64,000 bases of DNA from Actinomycetes bacterium (GTDB lineage: Bacteria; Actinomycetota; Humimicrobiia; JAHJRV01), in assembly GCA_023129485.1 (NCBI GenBank), contig JAGMBY010000053.1, forward strand, positions 1,214 to 65,213. The letters run 5' to 3'. A program made the translations under genes and the position numbers. Positions 9,665-19,491 of this stretch are shown piece by piece (position 1 is the first letter of the stretch; every line of letters starts with the position of its first letter). The notes under the pieces were generated by a model. It made no database searches. It was not told the DNA's origin and saw only the letters and a list, made by a program, of their open reading frames with translations.

Positions 9665-10606
9665 ATGGAAAAATATATAAAAAGGGTAAAACTAACTTCC
9701 TCTTATAAAGATGCAGGTAAAAGATTAGACCTATTTATTAGTGAAAAGATACCGAAACTTTCAAGGTCCAGAGTCCAAAAATTAATTCTCCAAGAAAATA
9801 TTATTGTGAATGGTAAAAAGAAATCAAAAAGTTATGTTGTTAAGAGGGGAGATTATATTGAGGTTCTTATACCTCCTGCATCAAAATTAGAAGTTAAACC
9901 AGAGGACATTAAAATCAATATAATATATGAAGATGATGACTTGATAGTTTTATCAAAACCTGCTGGAATGGTTGTTCACCCATCACAAGGTCATCCTTCC
10001 AAAACAATTGTAAATGCATTACTTTTTCATACTAAATTTCTATCTGATATTGGTGGGGTTCTTAGACCTGGTATTGTTCATAGATTGGATAAACTAACGT
10101 CAGGCCTGATGATAGTGGCAAAAAATGACAAGGCTCATAGAAATTTAGCTGAGCAATTTAAGGAGAAGAGTGTTAAAAAGATATATTTAGCTTTGGTAAA
10201 TGGTAGAATAAAGGAGGATGAGGGTGAAATAAATGCTCCTATAGGTAGAAGTAGAAGCAATAGGAAAAAGATGTCAGTAATTACCAGGGGAAAAGAAGCA
10301 ATAACCAAGTTTAAGGTTTTAAAAAGATATAAAAACTTTACTTTAGTTGAGGTAAGACCTATAACAGGAAGGACTCATCAGATTAGAGTTCATTTATCTT
10401 ATATAGGAAATCCAGTAGTCGGTGATACTCAGTACAGAAGAAGGAGAATTTATAAAGACCTGAAATTAGAAAGGCAGTTTTTACATGCAACAAAATTAGA
10501 ATTCAATCATCCAAAGGATGGAAAAAGGATAAGTTTTAAGGATGATTTACCAGAAGATCTTAAAAATGTATTAAAATTTTTGGAAAATAGAAATATTGAT
10601 TTTTAA
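9665..10606 (+). CDS. rluD: 23S rRNA pseudouridine synthase, RluA/RluD family
   Basis: N-terminal S4 domain and catalytic HRLDKLTSGLMIVAKN. Lies downstream of lspA as in Bacillus. Confidence 0.85.
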   Translation: MEKYIKRVKLTSSYKDAGKRLDLFISEKIPKLSRSRVQKLILQENIIVNGKKKSKSYVVKRGDYIEVLIPPASKLEVKPEDIKINIIYEDDDLIVLSKPAGMVVHPSQGHPSKTIVNALLFHTKFLSDIGGVLRPGIVHRLDKLTSGLMIVAKNDKAHRNLAEQFKEKSVKKIYLALVNGRIKEDEGEINAPIGRSRSNRKKMSVITRGKEAITKFKVLKRYKNFTLVEVRPITGRTHQIRVHLSYIGNPVVGDTQYRRRRIYKDLKLERQFLHATKLEFNHPKDGKRISFKDDLPEDLKNVLKFLENRNIDF

Positions 10607-10847
10607 ATCTATTAATTGTAATATTACATCCATCTTGTATAAAATAATATAAGAATTATTTATAATTATCGGTAAGTAGTATGTGTGATTATAGGTGTCA
10701 TCATATATGAAATATTTACATCAAAGAGAAATGTGCTTAATGATTTTAAAAATAAGTAAAACAAGCAAATTGAAAGTAATAAGAAATAAATAATATAATT
10801 AATGTAAAAGTAAATTTAATAAAATATAAATTGGGAGTGATTTATAA

Positions 10848-11153
10848 TTGAGTAATATCCGACGGTTAGTATTAGATGTTTTAAAGCCTCAATTACCATC
10901 CATTATAAATTTTGCTAAGCAATTAGCAGACCTTGAAGGGGTTGATGGTGTGGATGTGAGTTTAATTGAGATGGATTCAAAATCAGAGAGTGTAAAAATT
11001 ACTTGCGAAGGTAGAAATATAAATTATAGTGAGATTGAGGAAGTAATTATTAATAATGGCGGTACAGTTCATAGTGTTGATAAGGTTGCAACTGGAAGTA
11101 CAATTGTTGAGGAGGTATCAACTCAGCAAGATACTGAATCAACTCTTGCTTAA
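10848..11153 (+). CDS. DUF211 family small protein (archaeal-type COG1888-like)
   Basis: IRRLVLDVLKP...GVDGVDVSLIEMD...ITCEG..I.Y..IEEVI...GGTVHSVD resembles the DUF211 pattern. TTG start with GGGAGTGA RBS. The family assignment is from memory and was not searched. Confidence 0.5.
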   Translation: MSNIRRLVLDVLKPQLPSIINFAKQLADLEGVDGVDVSLIEMDSKSESVKITCEGRNINYSEIEEVIINNGGTVHSVDKVATGSTIVEEVSTQQDTESTLA

Positions 11154-11178
11154 TCTACTATAATTTTCATAAGATATT

Positions 11179-11775
11179 ATGAAATCTTTTCATGAATTTA
11201 TAGAAAGAATAAAAGAATACAGAGAGATTTCAGAAGTGGATGAGTATGCTCGCCGATTATTCTCTATGAATGGTTTTGATGGGTGTATTACAATTTTGGG
11301 TGTGCTAATTGGTTTTTATATACAAAATATTGATGAACCAATGTTAATTTTTAAAACAGGAATTGCAGTAGCAATTGCAATGGCAATATCAGGTTTGTGG
11401 GGAGCTTATTCAGCGGAGAGATCAGAAAGAATAAAGGATTTAAAAGAGTTAGAGAGAGTAACAATTTCAGATCTTAATAATACCAAAATAGGGAGTGCAC
11501 TTAGATTTGCAACAATAGTTGTAGCAATAGTGAATGCAGTTGCTCCCTTTATTACAGCTTTTTTAACATTGATACCCTTTTTATTTGCAAAAAGTTTAGA
11601 TATTAAAACCTGTTACTATATTTCATTTATTATATTGTTTTCGACTCTATTTTTATTAGGTATATTTTTAGGGAGGGTTTCAAAAGAGAATCTTTTAATA
11701 GCAGCAATTAAGATGATTATAGCTGGAATAATGTGTGTATTAATAATTACATTTGCAGAAAGATTTATAGGATAA
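11179..11775 (+). CDS. VIT1/CCC1-family membrane protein (putative Fe/Mn transporter, short form)
   Basis: GFDGCITILGVLIG and AMAISGLWGAYSAERSERIKDLKELE match the conserved VIT1 transmembrane core (G.DG....LV.G and SMA.GEY.S). Confidence 0.6.
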   Translation: MKSFHEFIERIKEYREISEVDEYARRLFSMNGFDGCITILGVLIGFYIQNIDEPMLIFKTGIAVAIAMAISGLWGAYSAERSERIKDLKELERVTISDLNNTKIGSALRFATIVVAIVNAVAPFITAFLTLIPFLFAKSLDIKTCYYISFIILFSTLFLLGIFLGRVSKENLLIAAIKMIIAGIMCVLIITFAERFIG

Positions 11776-11788
11776 TTTTTATTTTGTT

Positions 11789-12967
11789 ATGGATTTTAAA
11801 AAATCTAAAATATTAAAAAAGAGAGAAGATAAGGTAAATCCCACTTTAGCTTTTTTTGTAATACTATTAACATCCACAATAGTTTTTTTATTCTTTTATC
11901 TCATAATTTTAGGACCATTTGTTTCAAAATTATTTACGGGAGGACGTGAACCAGGTAAAGCTGTTTTTGAAATTGCATTTTCTTCTCCACAGGAGGATGA
12001 AAAAATTGTCATTCTTGAAGGAAAAGCCACACTGGATATAGAGGTCGTTGTCGAAAGTAATCGAAAAATTGATGAAGTAAATGTATATATAAATGGTGAG
12101 TTAATAAAAACTTTTAACAAAGAACCTTTTAAATTTAAGTGGGAAACATCTGATTCAGGAAAATATTCATTATATGCCGAAGTAATAAATGATTTGGGGG
12201 AAAAGAAGGAGTCATTACCAATTGAAGTAACAGTTTATTCTCCAGAGGAGGAAGAAATTAAAGAAACCCTGGTTAATAAGATAAACAGAGTAATAAGTGA
12301 AATAGAATATAGAAAAACCAACGGATATCCTAAAATATGTTTAAAAACCGAAGATCCTATTATAATAGATGGAACTACTGAAAATTGGGAAGATTTTGAT
12401 TCATTTTCAGCATTTAAAGCAACTTTCAAGCCTGAAGCTCTTACAAGCTCTACTGATCTTTCTGGAAGGTTCTATTCTGCCTGGAATAATGAAAATCTAT
12501 ATTTGATCATGGATGTCACAGATGATGTTTTAACTACTTTAGGTAAAGATGAAGACATTCAAAAAGGAGATGGTTTATTATTTTCCATAGACACAAATTT
12601 ATATGGAGATATAAATACAAGAATACTTGATGCAGATGACTATCAACTATTTATTTCACCAGGTAATTTCTCAAATATAAATTCACAAGTAAAGACAATT
12701 GTTCCTGAGCAGTATGAATTAACTGGAATAAATATAGCTTCAACAAGGAAAGTTGGAGGGTATTATATTGAATTAAAAATACCATGGATTCAACTTGGGA
12801 TACAAAATCCACAGGATGAGATGGTATTTGGTTTTAATCTTGATATTTTAGATACAGATCACTTAGGTGAACATGAGCTAATAATATCTTCATCTCCACG
12901 AGCTAATTCACAAGATGCTCTAACATTTGGGACTTTAATTTTAATTGAGCATCCAACCGAGGATTAA
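11789..12967 (+). CDS. Membrane-anchored protein with Ig-like domain and CBM9-like (DOMON-like sugar-binding) domain
   Basis: N-terminal TM helix. C-terminal region matches the CBM9-like pattern (AWNNENLYLIMDVTDD, DGLLFSIDTN, YYIELKIPWIQLG, FGFNLDILDTD). Confidence 0.55.
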   Translation: MDFKKSKILKKREDKVNPTLAFFVILLTSTIVFLFFYLIILGPFVSKLFTGGREPGKAVFEIAFSSPQEDEKIVILEGKATLDIEVVVESNRKIDEVNVYINGELIKTFNKEPFKFKWETSDSGKYSLYAEVINDLGEKKESLPIEVTVYSPEEEEIKETLVNKINRVISEIEYRKTNGYPKICLKTEDPIIIDGTTENWEDFDSFSAFKATFKPEALTSSTDLSGRFYSAWNNENLYLIMDVTDDVLTTLGKDEDIQKGDGLLFSIDTNLYGDINTRILDADDYQLFISPGNFSNINSQVKTIVPEQYELTGINIASTRKVGGYYIELKIPWIQLGIQNPQDEMVFGFNLDILDTDHLGEHELIISSSPRANSQDALTFGTLILIEHPTED

Positions 12968-13169
12968 AATTAGGATTTTTAATAAGAAAATCTAAAAAAA
13001 TTTTAAATAGAATTAAATAATATCTGATAAAATAGTAAATATTGTTGTATTAAAAAGTTATTTTGGTATAATACTTAAATATAATAGAAATTGTTTTAAT
13101 AAAAAATTCTGATATCATTCTTAAAATCATTAAAATCTGAAATTTTTAAAGAGAAAGGAGCAAATTACA

Positions 13170-13481
13170 ATGGCAGTAAAACCTCCAGAATTAACTGCAG
13201 AACAAAGAAAAGAAGGTCTTCAAAAAGCACTTAAACTTAGAAGGGAAAGAGCTGATTTAAAGAAAAAACTGAAGGGTGGGGATATTGACATCAATGGAGT
13301 TTTAAATATGACAGGACAAGCAGTTGAAAGGATAAAAGCAATTGATTTATTAGCTTCCTTACCTCGTGTTGGAAAGATAACAGCTCGAAAGATAATGAAA
13401 GAGATTAAAATAGCAAAATCTCGTAGAATTAAAGGGTTGGGAGTTAGACAAAGAAAAACTCTCATTTCTCGGTTTGGGTAA
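13170..13481 (+). CDS. mIHF-like (actinobacterial-type integration host factor) DNA-binding protein
   Basis: Pattern PELTAEQRKEGLQKA..R..RA.LK..LK.G......VL.......KAIDLLASLPRVGKITARKIM.EIKIA.SRRIKGLG.RQRK.L matches mIHF. Sits immediately upstream of gmk, as mihF does in actinobacteria. AAAGGAG RBS. Confidence 0.7.
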   Translation: MAVKPPELTAEQRKEGLQKALKLRRERADLKKKLKGGDIDINGVLNMTGQAVERIKAIDLLASLPRVGKITARKIMKEIKIAKSRRIKGLGVRQRKTLISRFG

Positions 13482-14073
13482 AAATAAGAAAATAAAAAAT
13501 CAACATAAAATAATCGTTATTTCTGGTCCATCAGGAGCAGGTAAAACTACTCTGATTAGGAAAGTCGTAAAAAGAATTCCTACTTTGGCTTTCTCTATTT
13601 CAGCCACCACAAGACCTATAAGAAAAGGTGAGAGGGAAGGGGTTGACTATTTTTATATTTCTGAAGAAATATTTAAAAGGTTAATAGAAAGCGATAGTTT
13701 TATTGAGTGGGCTAAAGTTCATGGAAATCTATATGGAACACTGAAATATCATATAGATGAACTTATAAAAAGGGAAAAAAATGTAGTACTTGATGTAGAT
13801 GAACAGGGAGCTCATCAAATTAAAGAAAAGAATATACCCGCTATTTTAATATATATATTACCCCCCTCTATTGAGGAATTGGAAAAGAGACTTAAAAAAA
13901 GAAAATCTGAGCTTACAAAAGAAATGAAAAAAAGATTGGAAAATGCCAAAGAACAAATCTTATCCAAAGGGTTTTATGACTATGTTGTTATTAATGATGA
14001 TATAAATAAGGCTGTAGAAGAATTAAAAGATATTATAAATGAATATATCAAAAATGAGGAGGAAATTGGGTAA
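13474..14073 (+). CDS. gmk: Guanylate kinase
   Basis: P-loop GPSGAGKTT and guanylate kinase core. TTG start overlaps the end of the upstream gene. Confidence 0.9.
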   Translation: MGKNKKIKNQHKIIVISGPSGAGKTTLIRKVVKRIPTLAFSISATTRPIRKGEREGVDYFYISEEIFKRLIESDSFIEWAKVHGNLYGTLKYHIDELIKREKNVVLDVDEQGAHQIKEKNIPAILIYILPPSIEELEKRLKKRKSELTKEMKKRLENAKEQILSKGFYDYVVINDDINKAVEELKDIINEYIKNEEEIG

Positions 14074-14335
14074 AGTAGCTATTGATGATCTAAAAAATAA
14101 AATCGGAAATAGATATATATTAACAATATTAGCTTCTAAAAGAGCAAGACATATAAAGTCATGCATAAACGCGGATAAATATATGAGAACATGTAAATGG
14201 CCTAAACCATTATTAGAAACTGATTCTAAAAAACCTCTTACTATAGCCTTAGAAGAAATTGCTGAAGGTAAAATTTATTATAAGGAATCTAAGAAGAAGG
14301 AAGAAAAAGAACAAGAAGAGGAAGAAAGTAAGTAA
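14039..14335 (+). CDS. rpoZ: DNA-directed RNA polymerase subunit omega
   Basis: NRYILTILASKRARHI and ALEEIAEGKI match the RpoZ core. Position after gmk. The exact start among the in-frame ATG 14039, ATG 14054 and TTG 14066 is uncertain. Confidence 0.75.
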   Translation: MNISKMRRKLGKVAIDDLKNKIGNRYILTILASKRARHIKSCINADKYMRTCKWPKPLLETDSKKPLTIALEEIAEGKIYYKESKKKEEKEQEEEESK

Positions 14336-14371
14336 TTAGATATAAAATGTCATGATCAATTAATTCATAAA

Positions 14372-16840
14372 ATGAATAAAATCTATAAAAAATCAAATCT
14401 AGCTGAAGTACTTATAAACCTTCCAACCAAAGAGTTAAGCAAATTTTATGTTTATGAAATACCCTCATATTTAAAAAATAAAATAAAAATAGGCTCTTTA
14501 GTAAAAATCCCTTTTTCTAGAAGTATTCAAGTTGGCTATGTTATTGGATTCACAACGGAAAAACCTGTTAAAAACATAAAAAAGATTCAAGCAATTTTAG
14601 AAGAAAAACCTCAATTTTTCCAAATTATGCTTGAACTCTGCAAATGGATGTCTGATTATTACCTCGCTCCTCTTTTGAGATGTGTAAAACATATTATCCC
14701 CCCAGGAGGTGTTAGTACGGTAATTACCTATGTGAAGCTTATTAAAGATATAAAAACTTGTCTAGAAAAATTATCTAAAAGAGCTTTCTTACAAAGAAGA
14801 ATTATTGAGACCCTCTCAAAAAATAAAGATATGGTAAAAATATCAAAATTACAAAGGCTTTTGTCTAATAGAAATCTTTCAAATACCCTTCTTTCTCTTG
14901 AAAAGAAAGGATTTGTAAAAAGAGTGTATAAAACAAAGCATAAGACCATATCTTCACACTTTGAAAAATTTATTAAAATAAAAATATCTAATAGTGAAGT
15001 AAAAGTAGCTTTAAAAAAGTTAATAAATGCACCCAAACAAAGAGAAATACTAAATTACCTAATATTAAAGGGTGAGATTTCACAAAATAAGCTCTTAAAA
15101 AGAACAAAATCATCCAACTCCAGTATCTCATCCCTGGTAAAGAAAGGGTACATTGAGATAGTTTCAAAAAAAATTAAGAGAGAATTCCCAATTTCTTATA
15201 AGGATGAAAGCCAAGTTCCAAAAAGATTAACATCTTATCAAAAGAATGCTATTGAAAAAATAATTGAAAAAATAAAGAAAAATACTCCAACTACTTTTTT
15301 GTTACAAGGAGTAACTGGAAGTGGAAAGACTGAAGTATATATGAGAGTAATATCTTATTTACTTTCCATTGGTAAGACTGCCTTGGTATTGGTTCCTGAA
15401 ATTGCATTAACACCTCAAATGATAGCAAGATTTAAAAATAGGTTGGGTGATGTTGTTGGAGTTTTTCATAGCAAAATGAGTAAAGGAGAGAGATATGATC
15501 AATGGATGGATATTGCAAAAGGTGGATGTCTGGTGGTAATTGGAACGCGCTCTGCTATTTTTTCTCCTTTAAAGAATTTAGGTGTGATTATAATTGATGA
15601 GGAACATGAAAATACATATAAGGAAACAACATCTCCGCAATATAATGCAAGGGAGGTTGCTCAAAAATTGGCAGAACTACAAAATGCTGTTGTTATTCTC
15701 GGGAGTGCAACTCCATGCATTGAAACGAGATATAAAGCAGAAATCAAGGAATATGAATTCCTCAGTCTTCCTGAAAGAGTTACGAAAGCTGGATTACCTG
15801 AAATTGAAATGGTCGATATGAGAAAAGAACCAGTTGTTCCAGGAACTTTAGGAATGAGTGAAAAGTTAATAAATGAGATTAGGAAAACTTTAAAAAATAG
15901 GGAAGGAGTAATATTATTCATTAATCGGAGGGGATATGCGACATATTTGCTTTGCATAAGTTGTGGTTATGTATTTAAATGCCCCAATTGCAATTTGTCT
16001 TTAAAATATCATAGTGTAAATCTTTCACTAATTTGTCATCATTGTAATTATACAATCAAAGTACCTGACACATGTCCTGATTGTAAAGGTGCGACATTAA
16101 GACCGATGGGGATGGGTACTCAAAGAGTTGAAGAACAGTTAAACAGATTATTTTCTGATGTAGATGTTTATAGAATGGATACCGATACTACTGGGAAGAA
16201 ATTATCTCATCAAACAATTCTAAGCAAATTTAGTCAAAGTTCAGGATCGATTCTTTTAGGAACACAGATGATTGCAAAGGGACTTGACATAAAAAGTGTA
16301 ACATTAGTTGGTGTTGTTAATGCGGATACAGCTTTAAATCTTCCAGAATTCAGGTCTTCTGAAAGGACATTTCAACTTATAACCCAGGTTAGTGGAAGAT
16401 CAGGAAGAGGGGAAAAGATTGGGAAAGTAATTATTCAAACTCATTTTCCTGAACATTATGCCTTAGATTGTGCAACAAAAGGTGATTATGTAGCATTTTA
16501 TAAAAAGGAGATTCAATATAGAAAAGAATTAGCTTATTCACCATTTTCCCACCTAATAAATATAGTTATTTCTGGTAAATTTGAAAATGATGTAATCAAT
16601 CTTAGTAATAAGATATTATCTTATCTTAAGTCAAAAAATATAGACAATAATTCAATTGTTTTGGGTCCAGCACCTGCTCCACTTTCAAGAATTAGGGGTG
16701 AATATAGATGGCACATATTTCTAAAGAGCAAGAAATCCGATGAAACAAAAAATATTTTAGCTCAAACTATGTTCAATATACCCCAATATGGAAAAAAAAC
16801 TAAATATATAGTTGATGTTGACCCTGTAATAACAATGTAG
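14372..16840 (+). CDS. priA: Primosomal protein N-prime (replication restart helicase PriA)
   Basis: Walker A GVTGSGKTE, DEEH box and Cys-rich zinc-binding region (CISCGYVFKCPNCNLSLKYH...CHHCNY..CPDC). 822 aa. Confidence 0.9.
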   Translation: MNKIYKKSNLAEVLINLPTKELSKFYVYEIPSYLKNKIKIGSLVKIPFSRSIQVGYVIGFTTEKPVKNIKKIQAILEEKPQFFQIMLELCKWMSDYYLAPLLRCVKHIIPPGGVSTVITYVKLIKDIKTCLEKLSKRAFLQRRIIETLSKNKDMVKISKLQRLLSNRNLSNTLLSLEKKGFVKRVYKTKHKTISSHFEKFIKIKISNSEVKVALKKLINAPKQREILNYLILKGEISQNKLLKRTKSSNSSISSLVKKGYIEIVSKKIKREFPISYKDESQVPKRLTSYQKNAIEKIIEKIKKNTPTTFLLQGVTGSGKTEVYMRVISYLLSIGKTALVLVPEIALTPQMIARFKNRLGDVVGVFHSKMSKGERYDQWMDIAKGGCLVVIGTRSAIFSPLKNLGVIIIDEEHENTYKETTSPQYNAREVAQKLAELQNAVVILGSATPCIETRYKAEIKEYEFLSLPERVTKAGLPEIEMVDMRKEPVVPGTLGMSEKLINEIRKTLKNREGVILFINRRGYATYLLCISCGYVFKCPNCNLSLKYHSVNLSLICHHCNYTIKVPDTCPDCKGATLRPMGMGTQRVEEQLNRLFSDVDVYRMDTDTTGKKLSHQTILSKFSQSSGSILLGTQMIAKGLDIKSVTLVGVVNADTALNLPEFRSSERTFQLITQVSGRSGRGEKIGKVIIQTHFPEHYALDCATKGDYVAFYKKEIQYRKELAYSPFSHLINIVISGKFENDVINLSNKILSYLKSKNIDNNSIVLGPAPAPLSRIRGEYRWHIFLKSKKSDETKNILAQTMFNIPQYGKKTKYIVDVDPVITM

Positions 16841-16999
16841 GATTATATTATTAAATGTGATTATTAATATAGTTATAATGTTTTTAAGCATTTATTTTTC
16901 TTATTGAAAAGTTTAGATATTTTGTTTAAAATTTAATACTCAAATTACAATGAAATGTATAGAATTTCTCTTATTAGGTATAAATAGAGGTTATTTAGT

Positions 17000-17506
17000 A
17001 TGGCAATAAAGAAGATAAGAATATTTGGAGATCCTGTTTTAAGGGAAAAAGCTTCAGAAGTTAAAAAAATAGATGATAAGATAGTAAATTTAATAAATGA
17101 TTTAACAGATACTATGAGAAATGCAAAAGGTGCAGGTCTTGCAGCTAATCAGATAGGGGTTTTAAAAAGAGTAGCTGTTATTGATATAGGTGAAGGATTA
17201 ATTAAACTAATAAATCCAAAAATCATAAAAAAGAATGGGGAAATAGAAGAGATCGAGGGTTGCTTGAGCTTTTATTCCCTTAACTCTCCCATAAATAGAG
17301 CTGAGAAAGTTACTATAATAACTAAAAATTTAGAAGGAGAGGAAGTTAAAATTGAAGCTGAGGGTTTATTAGCAAGAGCAATCCAACATGAAATCGATCA
17401 TCTTAACGGTATTTTAATTATTGATAATGCCTTAGATGAGGAAAAAAGAAAAATGGTTATGGAATTGAATAAATTGAAAGTACAAAATGGGGAGGAAAAA
17501 TTTTGA
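17000..17506 (+). CDS. def: Peptide deformylase
   Basis: Motifs GLAANQIGV, EGCLS and QHEIDHLNG. Confidence 0.95.
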   Translation: MAIKKIRIFGDPVLREKASEVKKIDDKIVNLINDLTDTMRNAKGAGLAANQIGVLKRVAVIDIGEGLIKLINPKIIKKNGEIEEIEGCLSFYSLNSPINRAEKVTIITKNLEGEEVKIEAEGLLARAIQHEIDHLNGILIIDNALDEEKRKMVMELNKLKVQNGEEKF

Positions 17507-18444
17507 AAATCATCTTTTTAGGAACACCTCAATTCTCTATACCGTTCTTAGAAGCAATAAATTCATCACACCATAAAATTATTGGTGTTATTACAAATCC
17601 TGATAGAAAGGCTGGAAGGGGCAGAAAAGTTACACCTTCTTCTATAAAGAAGGGAGCTATTAAATTAGGATTAAAATTTTTTCAACCCCAAAATATTAAT
17701 GAACCAGAATTTATCTCACAGTTGAAGGAGCTCAAAGCAGAAGCAGGAGTTATAGTTGCGTATGGAAGAATATTAAAAAGAGAGATAATAGATGTTATGG
17801 AAAAGGGATGGATTAATTTTCACCCCTCTTTACTGCCAAAATATAGAGGTCCATCACCAATACAGTGGGCAATACTTCACGGGGAATCAATAACAGGAAT
17901 TACTACAACTTTTTTAGATGAAAAGATGGATTCTGGAGATATCATTCTACAGAAAAAGATTGAGATTAAAGAAAATGATACCTTTGGAAAACTTAAACAA
18001 AAAATTAAGGTGGAAGGATGTAAATTACTTTTAAAAACCCTAGATTTAGTTGAAAAGGGAGACGTGAAAACTATAGTTCAAGATGATAAATTAGCTACAT
18101 ATACCAAGAAGATCACAAAAAAAATTAAAACTATTAATTGGAATAACTCATCAAAAAGAATTTATAACCAAATAAGAGCTTTAAATCCTACTCCTGGGGC
18201 TCAAACAATTTTAAAAGGAAAGATTCTAAAAATTTGGGTATCTAAAATAATTAATAGAAAATCCAGTCTTCCTCCTGGTTCTGTAGTAACTTGTTCACCA
18301 AAAGAAGGTCTATTTATTACCACATCCGATTATCTTATTCGTCCTATTATATTACAACCTCAGGATAGAAGTAAGATGAAAGACATTGAATTCTTAAGAG
18401 GCTATCAGGTAAAAAGAGGGGACGTATTAGGTATATTTAAATGA
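17503..18444 (+). CDS. fmt: Methionyl-tRNA formyltransferase
   Basis: Formyltransferase N domain (IIFLGTP, HPSLLPKYRG) and C-terminal domain. 4-bp overlap with def. Confidence 0.9.
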   Translation: MKIIFLGTPQFSIPFLEAINSSHHKIIGVITNPDRKAGRGRKVTPSSIKKGAIKLGLKFFQPQNINEPEFISQLKELKAEAGVIVAYGRILKREIIDVMEKGWINFHPSLLPKYRGPSPIQWAILHGESITGITTTFLDEKMDSGDIILQKKIEIKENDTFGKLKQKIKVEGCKLLLKTLDLVEKGDVKTIVQDDKLATYTKKITKKIKTINWNNSSKRIYNQIRALNPTPGAQTILKGKILKIWVSKIINRKSSLPPGSVVTCSPKEGLFITTSDYLIRPIILQPQDRSKMKDIEFLRGYQVKRGDVLGIFK

Positions 18445-18480
18445 ATATAAATAATTTATGATTAAAAATTAGATTGAACT

Positions 18481-19158
18481 ATGAATAATAATGAAAATAA
18501 GCCCTATAAGTTATCAGTTTCAATTTTAGATGCGGATCTTGCTCATTTAGAAGATGAAATTAGAAAAGTAGAACCTTATGCTGATTTTTTACAAATTGAT
18601 GTAATGGATGGACATTTTGTACAAAATATATCTTTTGGAATTCCAATAGTTAAAACAATAAAAAAAATAACAAGTACTCCATTAGAAGCTCACTTAATGA
18701 TTCAACAACCAGAAAAATATATAAAAAATTTTGTGGATGCTGGTTCTGATTGTGTAATTATCCATTATGAATCTGAAACTTCTACTGATATTTTAGATAT
18801 ATTAAGAAATATTAAGGAATATAAAGCAAGAACCGGGCTTGCTATAAATCCTGATACACCAGTTAAAAAAATTATTAATTTTTTAAAAAACATTGATCTT
18901 TTACTTTTGATGTCTGTTTTTCCTGGTTTTGGAGGTCAAAAATTCATAAAAGAAACTTATAAAAAAATAAAAGATATTAAAAAAATAATTAAATCTCATA
19001 ATTATAAAGTTGAAGTAGAGGTTGATGGTGGTGTAGGTCTGAATAATGCTTCTAAATTATTAAAATCTGGAGTTGACATATTAGTAGTGGGATCAGCAAT
19101 ATATAAAGCAAATAACGTAAATGAAGCTGTAAAAGCTTTCTCTTCAATAAAAATATAG
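18481..19158 (+). CDS. rpe: Ribulose-phosphate 3-epimerase
   Basis: Rpe motifs (SILDADLAHL, DVMDGHFV, VDGGV). Confidence 0.9.
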   Translation: MNNNENKPYKLSVSILDADLAHLEDEIRKVEPYADFLQIDVMDGHFVQNISFGIPIVKTIKKITSTPLEAHLMIQQPEKYIKNFVDAGSDCVIIHYESETSTDILDILRNIKEYKARTGLAINPDTPVKKIINFLKNIDLLLLMSVFPGFGGQKFIKETYKKIKDIKKIIKSHNYKVEVEVDGGVGLNNASKLLKSGVDILVVGSAIYKANNVNEAVKAFSSIKI

Positions 19159-19215
19159 ATTTTTAATATTATTTATTTAAAAATCTGGTAAAATTAATAA
19201 AATTTAAATTTAGAA

Positions 19216-19355
19216 ATCTTCAGGGCAGGGTGTAATTCCCGACCGGCGGTAAAAGCCCGCGAGCTCTTATGGCAGATCTGGTTTTTTCCAGAGCCGACAG
19301 TATAGTCTGGATGGGAGAAGATTTGATATAAGCGTCAGGTTTTCTTCCTGACGCT
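19216..19355 (+). ncRNA. FMN riboswitch (RFN element) with downstream expression-platform hairpin
   Basis: CTTCAGGGCAGGGTGTAATTCCCGACCGGCGGTAAAAGCCCGCGAGC...CCAGAGCCGACAGTATAGTCTGGATGGGAGAAGA matches the RFN consensus, including the P1 pair TCTTC/GAAGA. Hairpin AGCGTCAGG-TTTTCTT-CCTGACGCT at 19331-19355. Followed by the rib operon. Confidence 0.95.
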
Positions 19356-19491
19356 AATTAATTGTATGAGGATATTTTATATATATAATATCTTAATTAA
19401 TAAAAAATATATTTTTAAATTATATTTTAAAAATTATGAAAAAGTATTAAGAAGTATTAATAACAAATTAAAAATAATAAGAATCAAATAT

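Noticed and set aside
19366-19491. Forty-two-codon N-terminal extension of ribD from the ORF track
   Set aside because: It is low-complexity, AT-driven and absent from typical RibD N-termini. The conserved start at 19492 is preferred, though the extension is listed as a finding because it is in frame.
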